Below are positions 31,057 through 41,562 of a stretch of 64,000 bases of DNA, piece after piece. The stretch's first letter is position 1; each line of letters opens with the position of its first letter. Made by a program: the position numbers and the translations under genes. This DNA is from Ignisphaera sp. (GTDB lineage Archaea > Thermoproteota > Thermoprotei_A > Sulfolobales > Ignisphaeraceae). Location of the stretch: the NCBI GenBank assembly GCA_038821645.1, contig JAWBDT010000004.1, positions 1 through 64,000 of the forward strand. The letters are read 5' to 3'. The notes beneath the pieces were generated by a model. The model saw only the letters and a list, made by a program, of their open reading frames with translations. It was not told the DNA's origin and ran no database searches.

Positions 31057-32442
31057 TCACCTAGAGAACATTTCTTCAAGATCTTCAACACCTAAACCTT
31101 TAAATGGATATGTTCCAGTAAAACAGGCTAGACACAACGTATTTATACCTATAGATTTCACGATATTTTCAACTGTATTATAGGCAACAGTATCTGCATT
31201 AAGATATGAAGCTATGTCTACTAAATCCATTTTTCTCCAAGCTAGAAGCTCGCTTCTAGAGGCAACATCTATTCCCATGAAACATGGATACCTAAAAGGA
31301 GGACTGGATATCCTGATATGAACTTCCTTAGCACCATATTTCCTCAACCTACTCGCTATGGCTGCCATAGTTGTTCCTCTAACTATAGAATCGTCAACAA
31401 GTATAACCTTCTTTCCCTGAATAGCTGTCTTTATGAATCCATACTTAAGTTTAGCAACAACATCTCTAAGCCCTGGAGGCAATATGAATCCACGACCAAG
31501 GTATCTATTTATAACAAGTCCCTCTTCAAGAGGTATACCACTACCTCTACTGTATCCAATAGCTGCTCCACGCCCACTATCTGGTACAGGAATCACTATA
31601 TCTGCTTCTACAGGCATCATTTTAGATAATTCGTAGCCCATTTGAACCCTGGCTGTATAGATGTTAACGTTATTGAATACAGAATCAAGTCTAGAGATAT
31701 ATACATACTCGAATGCACATGGAGAAAAGGTGGCAGTAATGCTGTGTGTTCTTTCTAACGATTTTCCATCGAAAGATATTATCTCTCCAGCTCCAACTTC
31801 AGCCCAGTTATTGTATCCAACTACATCAAGTGCAGCAGTTTCAGAAGCTACAGCAATTTCTTCATCATTATACGAATAGGCTAGAGGTCTAAAACCATAG
31901 GGATCTCTAGCTATTACAAGTCTAGGCTCAGAGGTCAATATAACGACACTATATCCTCCTACAGCTATTTCAGAGAAACTCTTTAGGGCTTCAATAACAT
32001 CTCTATTGTGCTCTAATGCGAGTCTATATAGAACATTGGCAAGGACTTGAGCATCATTATAGTTGCCCTCTATTCCAAATGTTTTTGCCAGCATCTTGTA
32101 GTTAGCTATGGTGCCATTAACCGCTAGAGCAAATCTATAGTCTCCATTGCCTATAACTATAGGTTGGGGAACACTATCCATGTATCCTCCGGAGGTTGAA
32201 TATCTCGTGTGGGCAATAGCTCCAAAAACATCTCTGTGACTCATATCAACAGTAAGTCCATTTAGTAGAGCTTCGATAACTGTTCCTCTACCACTACGAA
32301 CCTCTATATAACCATCTAGTGATACTGTAGCTAGTCCCGCGGATTCTTGACCTCTATGTTGAAGCTCTATCAATATAGATAGAACTATTGATGTTGCTAA
32401 ACTTGTTGGTTTACTTGATGCATAACCAGCTATACCGCACAT
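31057..32442 (-). CDS. purF: Amidophosphoribosyltransferase
   Basis: MCGIAG, LQHRGQESAG, HTRYST, VPDSG, VDDSIVRGTT, CLACFTG. Confidence 0.96.
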   Translation of the reverse strand: MCGIAGYASSKPTSLATSIVLSILIELQHRGQESAGLATVSLDGYIEVRSGRGTVIEALLNGLTVDMSHRDVFGAIAHTRYSTSGGYMDSVPQPIVIGNGDYRFALAVNGTIANYKMLAKTFGIEGNYNDAQVLANVLYRLALEHNRDVIEALKSFSEIAVGGYSVVILTSEPRLVIARDPYGFRPLAYSYNDEEIAVASETAALDVVGYNNWAEVGAGEIISFDGKSLERTHSITATFSPCAFEYVYISRLDSVFNNVNIYTARVQMGYELSKMMPVEADIVIPVPDSGRGAAIGYSRGSGIPLEEGLVINRYLGRGFILPPGLRDVVAKLKYGFIKTAIQGKKVILVDDSIVRGTTMAAIASRLRKYGAKEVHIRISSPPFRYPCFMGIDVASRSELLAWRKMDLVDIASYLNADTVAYNTVENIVKSIGINTLCLACFTGTYPFKGLGVEDLEEMFSR

Positions 32443-32447
32443 ATGTA

Positions 32448-34631
32448 TCACTCAAGTTCTTTATCAAGAGTCTCTTCATAGATATTCTTAAGAAAATCAA
32501 GCTCAAAGATGGAGACTTCTTTATCACCATTTCTGATGATGCATGTTGGTTTATCGGATGTATATCCAACAACACTTGTATAGACGTTGTACTCATTAGC
32601 GAGACTTAGAAATGTCTCTAGCTTATCTCTATCTACCTCCACTACATATCTAGCCTGTGTTTCTGAGAATAATATTTCGTCAAGTCTGTAGCAACCTCTG
32701 CACAAAACCTTGGATACATCTATATTGAATCCTGTACTACCCGCTATGGCCATCTCTATTACTGTTGTTATAAGCCCTCCCAACCCTATATCGTGTACAG
32801 CATTAACAAGAGATCTCTTTATCGCTGCTAATATGAACTCAGCATTCCTAATCTCTAGCACAGGTCTCGGTCTAGGTATTTCGCCTATCTCTAGTCCATG
32901 AACTCTATAGAGATACTCTGTACCCCCAAGTTCAGGATAGGTAATACCAACAACTACTATCACAGAGTCACTAGACTTGAAATCAAATGTTTTTGTAGCT
33001 GTTACATCATCTATCCTTCCAACACCAACTATAGTAGATGTAGGCTTTATTTGTCTCCCATACATATCTTCGTTATAGAAACTGACTTTACCACCTACAA
33101 TAGGTAACGCTAGTTCTTCTGTAATCCATGCTATTCCTTTCAACATTTCCTCGAAATACCAGAAATGCTCTGGCTTCTCAGGATTTCCAGCATTAAGTTC
33201 ATCAACTATCGCTATAGGTTTCGAACCTACAGCAACAAGATTCCTAAAACACTCAGCTACACTATTGGCAGAACCATTGAATGGGTCTAAGAATGTGTAT
33301 CTAGGATTGGCATCACCCTTTATAGCGAGTCCTCTTCTACTACCATCCAAGAGCCTTAGGACAGCAGCATCACCCCATCCAGGCTTTATAACTGTTCTAG
33401 CACCAACTTCATAATCATATTGTTCATATATCCACTTCTTAGATGCTATATTAGGTGAAGATAGTACAGCTATAATGGCTTTCTCTATAGATTCTATCTG
33501 CGGTACATCTACTATAGGGGTAAACCCCTTTAATGCTTCTGTAGGAGGTTTAGAGGATCTTCTAATTGCTCTAGGTCTCGCAAGCTCTTTTGCAGGAACA
33601 TCTGCTACAAGTCTTCCCTTGAAGTATACCCTTATTCTACCACTTTCATTGAAACGTCCTATCAAGCTAAACGTGACATCGTAATTCTCGAGTACTTCCA
33701 CAACCTTAGGAAGATTATCAGGATCTACAGCAAGTAGCATACGTTCTTGGCTTTCTGATACCAGAAGCTCTAGAGGTGTCAGTTCTTGTCTTGTATGAAG
33801 TTTATCTAAATGTATTTCAGCACCAAGATTGTAATCAGCAGCAGTTTCGCTTACAGCTGTCGTTAGACCTCCTCCACCAAGATCTTTTATATAGTTAACA
33901 AGCTTTCTGTCAACTAAGATCTGGATAACATCTATAAGTAGCTTCTCCATCAATGGATCTCCTACCTGGACAGCGCTGATCTCGTCTTCACCACTTAATG
34001 GTTTAGAAGCAAAACTACTACCGAGTAAACCATCTCTACCGGTAGCATTACCTATTATGACTATATAGTCGTTAGCTCTAGGGCCTCTAAGAACTAGTCT
34101 ATCTATCGGAGCTATACCCACACATACAACATTTACTAGAGGCTGTATATTGAATGCATAATCAAACCATGTATCACCAGCAACTGTCGGTACACCTATT
34201 CTATTGCCGTAATCACTTATACCCTTAACTATACCCCTTATCAACCAATTAGCATGAGGATCCTTGGGATCACCCATGTAGAGAAGATCTAGAAGTGCTA
34301 TTGGTTTAGCACCTAGAGTAAGAATATCTCTAACTATACCTCCTATACCTGTTGCTGCACCATCGTAAGGATCTATAGCTGAGGGATGGTTATGGCTCTC
34401 GATCTTAAAAACAACAGCTATACCGGGAAAAAGTTCTACAGCAGGAGCATCTTTACCGGGACCTACTATAACGTGTTTTCCTGTAGTAGGCAGAAGTTTT
34501 AGAAGAAGTCTGCTACTCTTATAAGAACAGTGTTCACTCCATTGTGCTTCAAACATAGCTAATTCTTCTACTGTTGGTTCTCTGCCAAGTATATTTCTTA
34601 TCTCCTCTATCTCGCTATCTGTTAAAGGCAT
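32448..34631 (-). CDS. purL: Phosphoribosylformylglycinamidine synthase subunit PurL
   Basis: WSEHCSYKSS, ESHNHPS, DLGGGGL, SESQERM, GGKVSFYNE. Confidence 0.97.
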   Translation of the reverse strand: MPLTDSEIEEIRNILGREPTVEELAMFEAQWSEHCSYKSSRLLLKLLPTTGKHVIVGPGKDAPAVELFPGIAVVFKIESHNHPSAIDPYDGAATGIGGIVRDILTLGAKPIALLDLLYMGDPKDPHANWLIRGIVKGISDYGNRIGVPTVAGDTWFDYAFNIQPLVNVVCVGIAPIDRLVLRGPRANDYIVIIGNATGRDGLLGSSFASKPLSGEDEISAVQVGDPLMEKLLIDVIQILVDRKLVNYIKDLGGGGLTTAVSETAADYNLGAEIHLDKLHTRQELTPLELLVSESQERMLLAVDPDNLPKVVEVLENYDVTFSLIGRFNESGRIRVYFKGRLVADVPAKELARPRAIRRSSKPPTEALKGFTPIVDVPQIESIEKAIIAVLSSPNIASKKWIYEQYDYEVGARTVIKPGWGDAAVLRLLDGSRRGLAIKGDANPRYTFLDPFNGSANSVAECFRNLVAVGSKPIAIVDELNAGNPEKPEHFWYFEEMLKGIAWITEELALPIVGGKVSFYNEDMYGRQIKPTSTIVGVGRIDDVTATKTFDFKSSDSVIVVVGITYPELGGTEYLYRVHGLEIGEIPRPRPVLEIRNAEFILAAIKRSLVNAVHDIGLGGLITTVIEMAIAGSTGFNIDVSKVLCRGCYRLDEILFSETQARYVVEVDRDKLETFLSLANEYNVYTSVVGYTSDKPTCIIRNGDKEVSIFELDFLKNIYEETLDKELE

Positions 34632-34632
34632 A

Positions 34633-35322
34633 TCACCACCCCTTCTTTAGCGAATAAGCAAGACTATCAAATATGATTCTACCCCCTGGAGAAAATCCTC
34701 TTGGAACAAGTTCTAGTTCTGATGCTCTTTCCGGATGAGGCATTAATCCTAGAACTAATCCTTTTTCATCAGCTATACCAGCAATGTCATATAGACTACC
34801 ATTGGGATTCCAGTCTTGTGCATACCTAATTATTGGCAAGGCATTGATAACTCTTCTATAACTCTCTTCATCTATGTAGTATCTACCTTCTGCATGAGCT
34901 ATAGGCATATCGAGCATCATATGGTCTCTAGTAAGTGAGAGCCAAGGTCCTTTAGGGTTCTCTACAACAAGTCTAACCCATCGACATATGAACTTACCAC
35001 TAGAATTCAGTATAAGTGCTCCAGGTAGTATACCTGCTTCAACTAGTATCTGAAAACCATTACATATACCTAGAACAGGAACATCTCTAGAAATATCTTC
35101 TGCTATTCTCTCCATAACAACATTTCTAGCAGCTATAGCACCTGCCCTAAGCCAATCACCATAGCTAAAGCCTCCTGGAATTACAACAGCATCATATCTA
35201 TTTGTTGTGTATTCCTTATACCATACTATCTCTGAATCAAGACCGACAATATTTTTCAATACGTGATGAACATCCTCATCACAATTAGTTCCAGGAAACT
35301 TTATTACAGCTACTTTAACCAC
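34633..35322 (-). CDS. purQ: FGAM synthase glutaminase subunit PurQ
   Basis: FPGTNCD, PGGFSYGD, GICNGFQ, MPHPER. Confidence 0.97.
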   Translation of the reverse strand: MVKVAVIKFPGTNCDEDVHHVLKNIVGLDSEIVWYKEYTTNRYDAVVIPGGFSYGDWLRAGAIAARNVVMERIAEDISRDVPVLGICNGFQILVEAGILPGALILNSSGKFICRWVRLVVENPKGPWLSLTRDHMMLDMPIAHAEGRYYIDEESYRRVINALPIIRYAQDWNPNGSLYDIAGIADEKGLVLGLMPHPERASELELVPRGFSPGGRIIFDSLAYSLKKGW

Positions 35323-35569
35323 GAAGCCTAACCTCTATATCATGTACAACTGGATTATAGATCCTAAGTTTTTCACATATCTCTTTAGCAATCTCTAAAG
35401 CTTTCTCAGGGGTTTCAGACTCTACTGTAAGTAACAAATATTTTCCAGCTCTAACGTTTTTAACAGAATTAAAGCCTTTCCTTAAAATGAGATGCTTATG
35501 TATTGTTTCTCCTTCAGGATCTCTCACAGCCTTCTTGTTAGTTATAATAACTTCAACCATATGTAGCAA
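35315..35569 (-). CDS. purS: FGAM synthase subunit PurS
   Basis: DPEGETI, VRAGK, NPVVH; between purC and purQ. Confidence 0.92.
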   Translation of the reverse strand: MLHMVEVIITNKKAVRDPEGETIHKHLILRKGFNSVKNVRAGKYLLLTVESETPEKALEIAKEICEKLRIYNPVVHDIEVRLRG

Positions 35570-36281
35570 GATTCTTCATCTCAATACCGAGTCTAGTGCA
35601 TAACCCTCTATACGCTTTTATCAACAGTTCCACGTCTTTAGTCTTTCGGAAAATCTCTTTATCTAGATGGTTCCCATTTTCATCAAGAACCCTAAATGTA
35701 TCTCCAGATATTTCGTCAGCTAACAGGATATCGCCATTATTATCTTTACCAAACTCAAACTTTATATCCACTAGTACAAGGTTTCTGGATGTAAATAACT
35801 CTTTAAGTATATCATTAGCTTTAAGCGATATCTCTATAACAGTTTCTAGTTCGTTTTTCTTAAGCAGATCAGTATATATAATATCTTCGGGGAGTATGAG
35901 AGGATCGTGAAGAGAATCATCCTTAAAGTGGAACTCTAGTAAAGGAGGATCAAGCTTTTGCAGAGGTTTGTAGAGAGGAACACGCTTTAATAGTGATCCA
36001 TAGGCATAATTTCTCACAATAACTTCTACAGGAATTATCTCAAGCTTCTTTGCAGTAATAGATCTATATCCATCATACTCTATGAAATGTGTCTTTATGC
36101 CACGAGATTCTAGATAGTTAAACAAATAAGCAGATACAGCAGCACTCATGACACCTTTATCTTTAGCTACAGCTTTTACAGCACCATCCATAGCGGTTAC
36201 ATCATCCTTGAATTCAATTACTACTGTATAATTGTCTTTTACATAAACACGTTTACTTTTACCTTCATAAACTAGCTTCAT
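35553..36281 (-). CDS. purC: SAICAR synthetase
   Basis: YEGKSK, FKDDVTA, PVEVIVRN, DIKFEFG, LADEISGD. Confidence 0.96.
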   Translation of the reverse strand: MKLVYEGKSKRVYVKDNYTVVIEFKDDVTAMDGAVKAVAKDKGVMSAAVSAYLFNYLESRGIKTHFIEYDGYRSITAKKLEIIPVEVIVRNYAYGSLLKRVPLYKPLQKLDPPLLEFHFKDDSLHDPLILPEDIIYTDLLKKNELETVIEISLKANDILKELFTSRNLVLVDIKFEFGKDNNGDILLADEISGDTFRVLDENGNHLDKEIFRKTKDVELLIKAYRGLCTRLGIEMKNLATYG

Positions 36282-36729
36282 AACGCCTCGGTTTAGCTAA
36301 TTCGCATAACTAATATATAAACTCTTCTATACACAGTCATGTAGATTTATACATATGCTATATAAAAAACTCTAAAATATACATGATTGTAATAATAATA
36401 AAACTTAGCTAAGCTTTGTACGTATTTCCTAACCTAGAGAAATAAATATATGAACTAATCTATGTAATGTGTATACTGTTTAACACAAAAACTATAAACT
36501 AAGGAAGCTATAGGATTTAGAGTTAAATTAAACTATATTGATTAAGAGATAAAATAATTGAAGAATTGATTGAATATTATTCTTGTGTAGCAATATCATA
36601 CACTCAAGTAGCTATTGATCTACTGATCTTGAGAAGCAATTGCAGGCTTTATTTCGTTTAGCAGTCGCTCTAAATAGGTAGAGAAATATCTCATATATTA
36701 AATGAATTGATGAATGAGGTGCAGTAAAT

Positions 36730-37218
36730 ATGAAGTATACAACTAGAGCTGTATCCCCAATAGTTGCAACAGTAATACTTGTAATCATAACCACAGCTGC
36801 AGCACTTCTTTTATGGTCTTGGATCTCGGGTGTAATATCACCACCAACATCTTCTGTTACAAATATGGATAGACTTAGAATAACAGGAATAAAACTCGAA
36901 GCTATTAACGGAGCTAAGTTGATAGTTTATGTACATAATATGGGGAATGCACCTGCAGAAGTGCTTCAATTATCTATATTTGATGTAAATGGAAATCTAG
37001 TCGATACAACTACAAACATAGTTGTATGTAGCTCTAATGATAATGTTTGTAAGGACATGAATAGAGTGGTTGCACCTAATAGTATAGCTAGAATAGAATG
37101 GAGTATGGGTAATGTCTCAAATAGAGGATATATGTATGGATATATATACTTCGTTAGTATTGTGACTGCATCAGGATTTGAGACTAGAAGCTCATTTGTA
37201 TGGAGTATACAGACATGA
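36730..37218 (+). CDS. Type IV pilin-like protein (class III signal peptide)
   Basis: TRA|VSPIVATVILVIITTAAALLLWSW followed by a beta-rich domain. Confidence 0.85.
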   Translation: MKYTTRAVSPIVATVILVIITTAAALLLWSWISGVISPPTSSVTNMDRLRITGIKLEAINGAKLIVYVHNMGNAPAEVLQLSIFDVNGNLVDTTTNIVVCSSNDNVCKDMNRVVAPNSIARIEWSMGNVSNRGYMYGYIYFVSIVTASGFETRSSFVWSIQT

Positions 37219-37274
37219 GATATTCACAAAATTTTTCTATAGAATGATTAATATTGTAAACTTTTTAATTATCT

Positions 37275-38840
37275 TTGATATATTCTGTTGATGGGGAAGT
37301 CAATGTGTCAGAGTTTGGTAAGAGTATTGCGGAATACAGTATCGGTTATGGTGATAACGTAATTGTATCAATTGTAGAGCTTAGCGATGGTAAACTTCTG
37401 TACATAGTTAAAGAGCCTTTACTTGATGATGTAGGTAAGAAGTTTAGGGAAAGAGTGTATAGGTTCATAACAAATGATGTAGAGATCATTAAGAAGATTT
37501 CATCGTTTACGTCTTTTGATGAGGGCTACGATTTTGTTAAAGATCTTGTTCAGAAGCTTTGTAAAAAGTTTATTGGTAAATGTAGTGATAGTGTTATTTC
37601 TTCAATTGTATATTATGTTTTGAGAGACTTCATAGGTTATGGAGAGGTAGACCCACTTATTAGGGATCCCAATATAGAGGATGTAACATGTGATGGCCAC
37701 GATAGACCTATATATGTTTTTCACAATAAATATGAATGGTTAGAAACAAATAAGGTATTATCGAGAGAAGAACTTGAGAAAGTTATTAGAAGATTGACAT
37801 ATAGAGCTGGAAAAGAAGCTAGTGTAGCACAACCAATTGTTGAAGGTATTCTTAATCCAGAGGGATACAGAATACATGTAGTTCTCGATGTAGTTTCTAT
37901 GAGTGGGCATAGTTTTACCATTAGGAAATTTAGGGAAACACCTTACACAATTCTTGAGCTTATAAATAATGGAACATTATCACCTGGGGTAGCAGCATTA
38001 TTGTGGATTGCTGCTGAAAATAAACAGGGAATGATATTTTATGGGCCTACGGGTTCCGGTAAGACAACACTTATGAATGCTGTTGCAATGCTTTTACCTC
38101 CAGAACTAAAAATAGTTACAGCTGAAGATACCCCTGAGATAAGACTTCCATTCCATGATAACTGGGTATCTATGGTAACTAGACTTAGTAGTGATGCATA
38201 TGTTCAGAGTGTTACTCTTCAGGCTCAAGTAGAATCAGCTATGAGGCAGAGACCAGATATTCTCATTCTTGGAGAGATAAGGTCTAGAGAAGCATATAGC
38301 TTTTTCCAAGCTGTTTCAACAGGTCATGGCGGACTCACAACAATTCATGCAGAAAACGTTGAATCTCTGGTAAGAAGGCTTGTAGCACCACCTATGAGTG
38401 TACCTAAAGCTCTTGTAGCATCTACGAAACTGTTTATACAGATCCAGAGATTTGTTCTACACAAAAATGTTGTCCGAAAAGTTACGTATGTACATGAAGT
38501 TGAGGATTACAATCCATCGACGGATACCATTACCGTAAAGTCTGTAGCTGTATGGGATAGGTATAATGATAAATGGAGAATAGACAGCAAGAACAGTAAA
38601 ACACTAGATTCTATAGCTAATTTACAGGTTTTGAGATACGAAGACGTTGTAGAAGATTTAATTAGAAGAGCTACGGTGTTAGAGTATGCAGCTAAACTGA
38701 ATCTCGACATAGTATCTCTACATACACTTGTTAGAAAGTATAGAAGAGCACCTGAAGATGTTTATAGAGAAGCAGTAGATATGTTGGGAACATCTCATAA
38801 GATTATAGAGCTAGAGAATGTTGAAAAAAGATATGTCTAG
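37275..38840 (+). CDS. Type II/IV secretion (pilus assembly) ATPase
   Basis: DPNIEDVTCDG, FTIRKF, GPTGSGKTT, RQRPD, GEIR, TGHGGLTTIHA. Confidence 0.93.
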   Translation: MIYSVDGEVNVSEFGKSIAEYSIGYGDNVIVSIVELSDGKLLYIVKEPLLDDVGKKFRERVYRFITNDVEIIKKISSFTSFDEGYDFVKDLVQKLCKKFIGKCSDSVISSIVYYVLRDFIGYGEVDPLIRDPNIEDVTCDGHDRPIYVFHNKYEWLETNKVLSREELEKVIRRLTYRAGKEASVAQPIVEGILNPEGYRIHVVLDVVSMSGHSFTIRKFRETPYTILELINNGTLSPGVAALLWIAAENKQGMIFYGPTGSGKTTLMNAVAMLLPPELKIVTAEDTPEIRLPFHDNWVSMVTRLSSDAYVQSVTLQAQVESAMRQRPDILILGEIRSREAYSFFQAVSTGHGGLTTIHAENVESLVRRLVAPPMSVPKALVASTKLFIQIQRFVLHKNVVRKVTYVHEVEDYNPSTDTITVKSVAVWDRYNDKWRIDSKNSKTLDSIANLQVLRYEDVVEDLIRRATVLEYAAKLNLDIVSLHTLVRKYRRAPEDVYREAVDMLGTSHKIIELENVEKRYV

Positions 38841-38913
38841 ACGAAATGATGTTTATTGTCATACACATAAAGCTAATATAGATCTTAGTTATACATATTC
38901 TAACGGTGTCTCC

Positions 38914-39876
38914 ATGGAATACACAACACTTGGTAAAACGAGTGAAAAAATCTCGCGTATAGGTCTAGGTGCATGGCAATTTAGTGAAGCTTGGGGTGTT
39001 ACAGAATATAATAGCGCTAAAGCTGTTATAGCTAAAGCAATAGAACTTGGTATAAATTTCTTCGATACTGCTATGGTCTATGGCCAAGGTTTAAGCGAGA
39101 GTATCTTAGGTAGAGCATTAAGAGAGTTAGGAGTTAAAAGAGATGAAGTAGTAATAACTACAAAAATACCTGGTGAGTATCTGAGTCCTACAGATATACT
39201 TAAATCTGTCGATAAATCATTGAAGAACCTAGGTTTTGAGTACATAGATGGGCTACTAGTTCATTGGCCTCCATGCTGGATCAATGTTCCAACAAGAGTA
39301 TATGCAAGAGCTCTAGAAAAACTCATTGATCTTGGGAAAATCAGGTATCTAGGCTTAAGCAACTTTCCTATAGAACTTGTTGAAAGCTTTAGAGATAATT
39401 TATCCAAATACGATATACATATATTTCAAGTAAGGTACAATATAGTTGAGAGATGGGCTGAAGAAGAGATAATACCTTATGCTGAAAAGAACAGTATAAC
39501 AATTCAAGCTTGGAGCCCTATAGCTAAAGGAGCTTTAACAGGAAAATATACACCAGAAAATTTGCCCAGCTTTAAAGATGTGAGATCTAGAGAAGCTATA
39601 TTTCATCCAAGAAATTTTGAAAAAGTATGGAAAGTAGTTCAGATACTGAGAGAGATAGGCCAACGATACGGTAAAACACCTGTTCAAGTAGCATTGAATT
39701 GGTTAATTACATCAAGTAGTGTAGTGGTACCTATACCTGGTGCAAAAGATCCTCAACAAGTGGTAGATCTTGTTGGCTCGATTGGATGGAGGATGAGATA
39801 CGATGATTGGTTAAAAATAAAGCTAGCTAGTGAAGCAATTGATATAGAGTATTCTGTATTTTATCAAGAATATTGA
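38914..39876 (+). CDS. Aldo/keto reductase
   Basis: IGLGAWQ, FDTAMVYG, HWP, GLSNF, AWSPIAKG, PIPGAK; ATG at 38914. Confidence 0.92.
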   Translation: MEYTTLGKTSEKISRIGLGAWQFSEAWGVTEYNSAKAVIAKAIELGINFFDTAMVYGQGLSESILGRALRELGVKRDEVVITTKIPGEYLSPTDILKSVDKSLKNLGFEYIDGLLVHWPPCWINVPTRVYARALEKLIDLGKIRYLGLSNFPIELVESFRDNLSKYDIHIFQVRYNIVERWAEEEIIPYAEKNSITIQAWSPIAKGALTGKYTPENLPSFKDVRSREAIFHPRNFEKVWKVVQILREIGQRYGKTPVQVALNWLITSSSVVVPIPGAKDPQQVVDLVGSIGWRMRYDDWLKIKLASEAIDIEYSVFYQEY

Positions 39877-40189
39877 ACACTCGTGAATAACACAATATAT
39901 ACTAAAGCATTGCATCAAAATATATACCTAATATCTGACTACTTGATGCATCATAACACACACCATTATCTATATCTATAATTGTCAATTCATGTTATAC
40001 TAGAACTGATACAACAGCTCTAGTTAATTCATAGATATACCTATACATTGAATAGTAATGTTGGTTGTCTTATGCCGATCATCTACACATTTTATTGATC
40101 TAGTTATTGGAGTAGATAAAGTTCTAAACTTAGTACAATATTCTTATTATGTTTGAAGCATCTACAGTAATATGCCTTAGGGATAGATA

Positions 40190-40792
40190 ATGGACACATC
40201 TTACGTGAAGAATTATCTAGATAGCTTGGAGAGTGCAAGAGAGTCTTTAATAAAGAAGGGGAGAGATATATTGAATTTGTGTAGATCCATAATCTCGGGT
40301 GTAGTTCTTGGAAAAAATGTTGAAGAAGATTTGTATAAAGTTTCTAAACTATTTAATGAAGTTTATGAACAGATAAAGAGCTATCCAGAGCTTGTATATT
40401 CAAATATTTTCTACTCTATAGCAGCTGAATATGTAGAAGCTATTCAGCTGTATAGTATAGTTACTCAAACAAGGTTCTTGTCGATAGAAGAACTTAATGT
40501 ACATCCCATTCCCTATCTCTTAGGATTAGCTGATACCATAGGCGAACTTAAAAGATGTTCTTTAGAAAGCGTAAGAAAAAACAAATTTGATGAAGCATTC
40601 AAGCTCTTGGAACTTGCTGAAGAACTCTACAATAGGTTATCGATATTCAGTTATCCTGATGCACTTCTGCCTGGATTTAGGAGAAAGCTTGATGTCTATA
40701 GAAGAGTTATTGATGATTGGAAGAAATTCTTGATAGATATGGTCTCTAGAAAAAACCTTATAGATGTGCTAAAAGTTTGTTACCGAGATTAA
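40190..40792 (+). CDS. Translin/TRAX-family protein
   Basis: AEYVEA, YLLGLADTIGELKR, FRRKLD. Confidence 0.85.
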   Translation: MDTSYVKNYLDSLESARESLIKKGRDILNLCRSIISGVVLGKNVEEDLYKVSKLFNEVYEQIKSYPELVYSNIFYSIAAEYVEAIQLYSIVTQTRFLSIEELNVHPIPYLLGLADTIGELKRCSLESVRKNKFDEAFKLLELAEELYNRLSIFSYPDALLPGFRRKLDVYRRVIDDWKKFLIDMVSRKNLIDVLKVCYRD

Positions 40793-40828
40793 GGTTAGAA
40801 GCTAGTTGAATTATTTGAGTGATGTAAA

Positions 40829-41557
40829 ATGCTACTGGCTGTAAGTTTTGATGTATGGAATACTTTACTAAATATAGAGGCTGTCTATAGAAAGTTAGCA
40901 GAAATTGTAGCAGAGATTATTAGTAAAGATCTGTTAACCATAGAGAGAATAATCTACGATACATACATAAAAGTAAAGAAATATAGACTTAACAATAATA
41001 CAATAGAGGTACATAAATTTGTTATCTCATCAAGAAATCTACTTGCTAAAGCATTAGGTATAGATTATGACCAGTTGGTTGAGGCTATAGATTTAACATT
41101 CTCTTCTATAATTGAGACTCCATACATGTCTTCAGAAGTTGCTAAGATTTTATATAACGATGTTATGCCCACACTAAATTCGCTTAAAGCGATAGATATT
41201 ACGATGGGTGTTATAGGAAATAACGTATTTTGGGAAAGCATGTATACAAGAAGAGTACTTAGAGTGCTAGGGTTAGACAAATACTTTAAGACTCAAGTGT
41301 ATTCTGATGAAGTTGGTATATTTAAACCTGATAGAAGGATATTTCTTGAATTCTGTAGAAGGATTGGTATAGATGTGTCTAAGGTTATCCATGTAGGTGA
41401 TAGTGTAGCTGAAGACGTTGGAGGAGCATTATCTGCAGGTATGAAGGCTATGCATATAGATAGATCTAGAAAAGAGAAAAACGTGGTTATTGAGCTAGGT
41501 TTATTCTTAGCCAATAGTTTAGAAAATGTTATGGAAGCTCTACAGAGGCTAGGGTGA
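40829..41557 (+). CDS. HAD-superfamily hydrolase
   Basis: FDVWNTL, KPDRRIF, HVGDSVAEDVGGA. Confidence 0.9.
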   Translation: MLLAVSFDVWNTLLNIEAVYRKLAEIVAEIISKDLLTIERIIYDTYIKVKKYRLNNNTIEVHKFVISSRNLLAKALGIDYDQLVEAIDLTFSSIIETPYMSSEVAKILYNDVMPTLNSLKAIDITMGVIGNNVFWESMYTRRVLRVLGLDKYFKTQVYSDEVGIFKPDRRIFLEFCRRIGIDVSKVIHVGDSVAEDVGGALSAGMKAMHIDRSRKEKNVVIELGLFLANSLENVMEALQRLG

Positions 41558-41562
41558 TGTAG

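Noticed and set aside
38818-38913. N-terminal extension of the aldo/keto reductase
   Set aside because: Overlaps the upstream ATPase and an AT-rich spacer; family-like sequence begins at ATG 38914
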